DNA of 64,000 nucleotides from Podarcis filfolensis (lineage: Eukaryota): assembly GCA_964270895.1 (NCBI GenBank), contig OZ185435.1; one strand, written 5' to 3'. The position numbers and the translations under genes were made by a program. The notes beneath the pieces are model-generated. The model made no database searches, was not told the origin of the DNA, and saw only the letters and a program-made list of their open reading frames with translations. Shown in pieces: positions 62,172 to 64,000 of this stretch. The stretch's first letter is position 1. The number at the start of each line of letters is the position of its first letter.

Positions 62172-62719
62172 GATTTCTGCTTCTAAAGGTTTTAAAAACT
62201 AAGCAGTAGCTGATATGCAGATATGAACTCATTAAAATTGTCCACAGTTGAGCAATTGTACCAAACTAAAAACGCCCACAACATCTGGGTGGATTTTTTT
62301 TTAAAAAAAACCCTAACTGGAACCATTTGAGACGAGTGTGGTGGGATCCCTACTACCTCTTGGCTCCAGAAAAAGGTTTAAAACATGATATAATGAAATG
62401 CAAATGTTCGCAAATTGTGTACAAATGCTCAGATTAAAAGATTACAACACTTACTACTGAGAGAGATATCCTAATCACTATGATTTCTAGGGTGATATTT
62501 TTAGACAACCTAAGCTATTCCTCTCTTCTGTTACAATCCTTAAAAAACCCAAAAACACCAGTCTTCAGTTCTTTATTTTCCAGAATACATGAGACTGACT
62601 ACTGTGTGGTTGAGAGATGGAGTGCAAAAAGACCCCTGAAGGATTCTAACGCAAAAGGCTGAAAGTTGTGTTGCCTCTGGAATCATTTTGATAACCAAAA
62701 TGTTTGATGTCTTAGTATG

Positions 62720-62792
62720 TTTCGATATATGCTGTGAGCCACCCAGAGTGGCTCGGGAAACCCAGCCAGATGGGCAGGGTATAAATATTATT
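62720..62792 (+). mobile_element. L2 3'-terminal stub
   Basis: gagccacccagagtggctcgggaaacccagccagatgggcagggtataaatattatt. Confidence 0.75.
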
Positions 62793-63110
62793 TTGGTGTT
62801 GGTGTTTAATACAAATATATGAAGTCCAATTTCTTCCACCAGAAAGCAATGGATCTTCAACATGCAGTGTTGGTAGCACTCACTTCTATACCTAAAGGCC
62901 CTTTCAGTTTACACCTCTTCTATCTGGAAACAGACTGGAAAGCTCTGGGCTGTTGTATCACATATGCTCAGTCAGTCATGATGTTTATCCTCTGCTGCAC
63001 TCAAGGGTCAGTGTTTGCCACACCTGCATACCATCCAACGCTTTGAAGCCAAAATCTGGGAAGCCATCTTCTTGGATGCCATCTCTCCATTTTTAATCGT
63101 GAGAGCATGG

Positions 63111-63312
63111 TGGCCATTTTGGTTGTCATGATCTCACGTGATTTTGTGCTGCAGACCGCCCATCCCACCCCACCCGGCAAAAAGTGCTTTTGGGGGCACA
63201 GTGCCCAAAAATATGTGTTTTGAGGCACAGCACAAGATCACGCCCCCCGTGCTTTTTTCTGAGGGAAATCGCACTGCAAAATCGTGTGAGATCACAGCAA
63301 CCAAAATGGCCA
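63111..63312. repeat. 36-bp imperfect inverted repeat (31/36) with a nested inner palindrome; probable old MITE
   Basis: tggccattttggttg...gattttg (63111-63146) versus caaaatc...caaccaaaatggcca (63277-63312); inner ttttgggggcacagtgcccaaaa. Confidence 0.75.
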
Positions 63313-63842
63313 ACGTTCTTTTGCCAGGTATGCACCTGGTGGTTGTTTGGGATGGACCTTTTGTGCTGAATCCTGAATCGCCTTCTCCTCCTCTCATTTT
63401 CAAAACATTCTTAAATTGTTATTTTTCTTACAGGCATATTACTGGGCATATTACAACTCCCCTCAGACTTAACCAGCACAGCCAACGATCAGGGAGTGAT
63501 AGCAAGTTCTGGAGGGCCACAGGCTACCCTTCCATGCTGTGGACACAGATCTGCAAATGCTAAAGAAATTCAAATTCTGCATCAAGAAACTATGGCCAGA
63601 ATTCTGTGCACCTTCTGCACCAGTGTGGCGTAGACACAGCTTTGCCCACCAAGAATTGGTAATATTTGACCAATAAACAAACCTATGCAACAGTAGTACA
63701 AGCTACTGGGTATATACTGATCTGTTCTGTACTAGAAAAAATAGTTTTGTCAATATGATGACAACGAAATGAAACGAATGTACATATCATCTCCTAGTAT
63801 TCCTTACTAGTCAGCTAGTCATATACTTAAATAAAAGGTTGC

Positions 63843-64000
63843 AGTGTTTGGGACTTTTAAGCTTAGAGAAAAGGCAGATAATAGGTGACAGAATTGAAGG
63901 TTTATAAAGTTATAAACTTTTTCAAAATACTAGAACTCATGGACATCCAATGTAGCTGAATTTTGGAAGGGTCAGGACAGATAAAGGAAAGTACTTATTC
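63843..64000 (+). mobile_element. CR1 LINE fragment running off the window end
   Basis: gtttgggacttttaagcttagagaaaaggcaga...tactagaactcatggacatccaatg. Confidence 0.75.

Overview
Vertebrate genomic DNA, most likely a squamate and probably a lacertid lizard (inferred from Sauria and Squam-type SINEs, young L2 LINEs and CAGTGGTACC-ended MITEs). It holds the 3' halves of two convergent genes: EXT2 (+ strand, seven coding exons, 3328-38455, C-terminal 327 aa, exons 8-14 in human numbering) and ALX4 (- strand, last two coding exons, 56194-56066 and 54259-53936; I could not find the upstream exons in the window). The rest is intron, long 3' UTR and about 8.5 kb of intergenic DNA, with L2/CR1 fragments, tRNA-derived SINEs, Tc1/mariner- and hAT-type MITEs and microsatellites. 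There is no prokaryotic system or CRISPR array. Best leads: (1) a TSD-flanked Penelope-type palindromic insertion in EXT2 intron 8 with an intact minimal hammerhead ribozyme core in the host-sense orientation, base-paired to its own antisense arm in a perfect 59-bp inverted repeat; (2) a second copy cut exactly at the ribozyme core in the putative ALX4 3' UTR; (3) an unexplained exact 22-bp direct repeat; (4) a pre-miRNA-like hairpin and a paired-homeodomain P3 site in ALX4 intron 3; (5) excess GCCATAAA sites and a convergent CTCF-like pair; (6) inverted L2 copies bracketing EXT2 exons 10-13. Motif calls were made by eye, and conservation and expression could not be tested.
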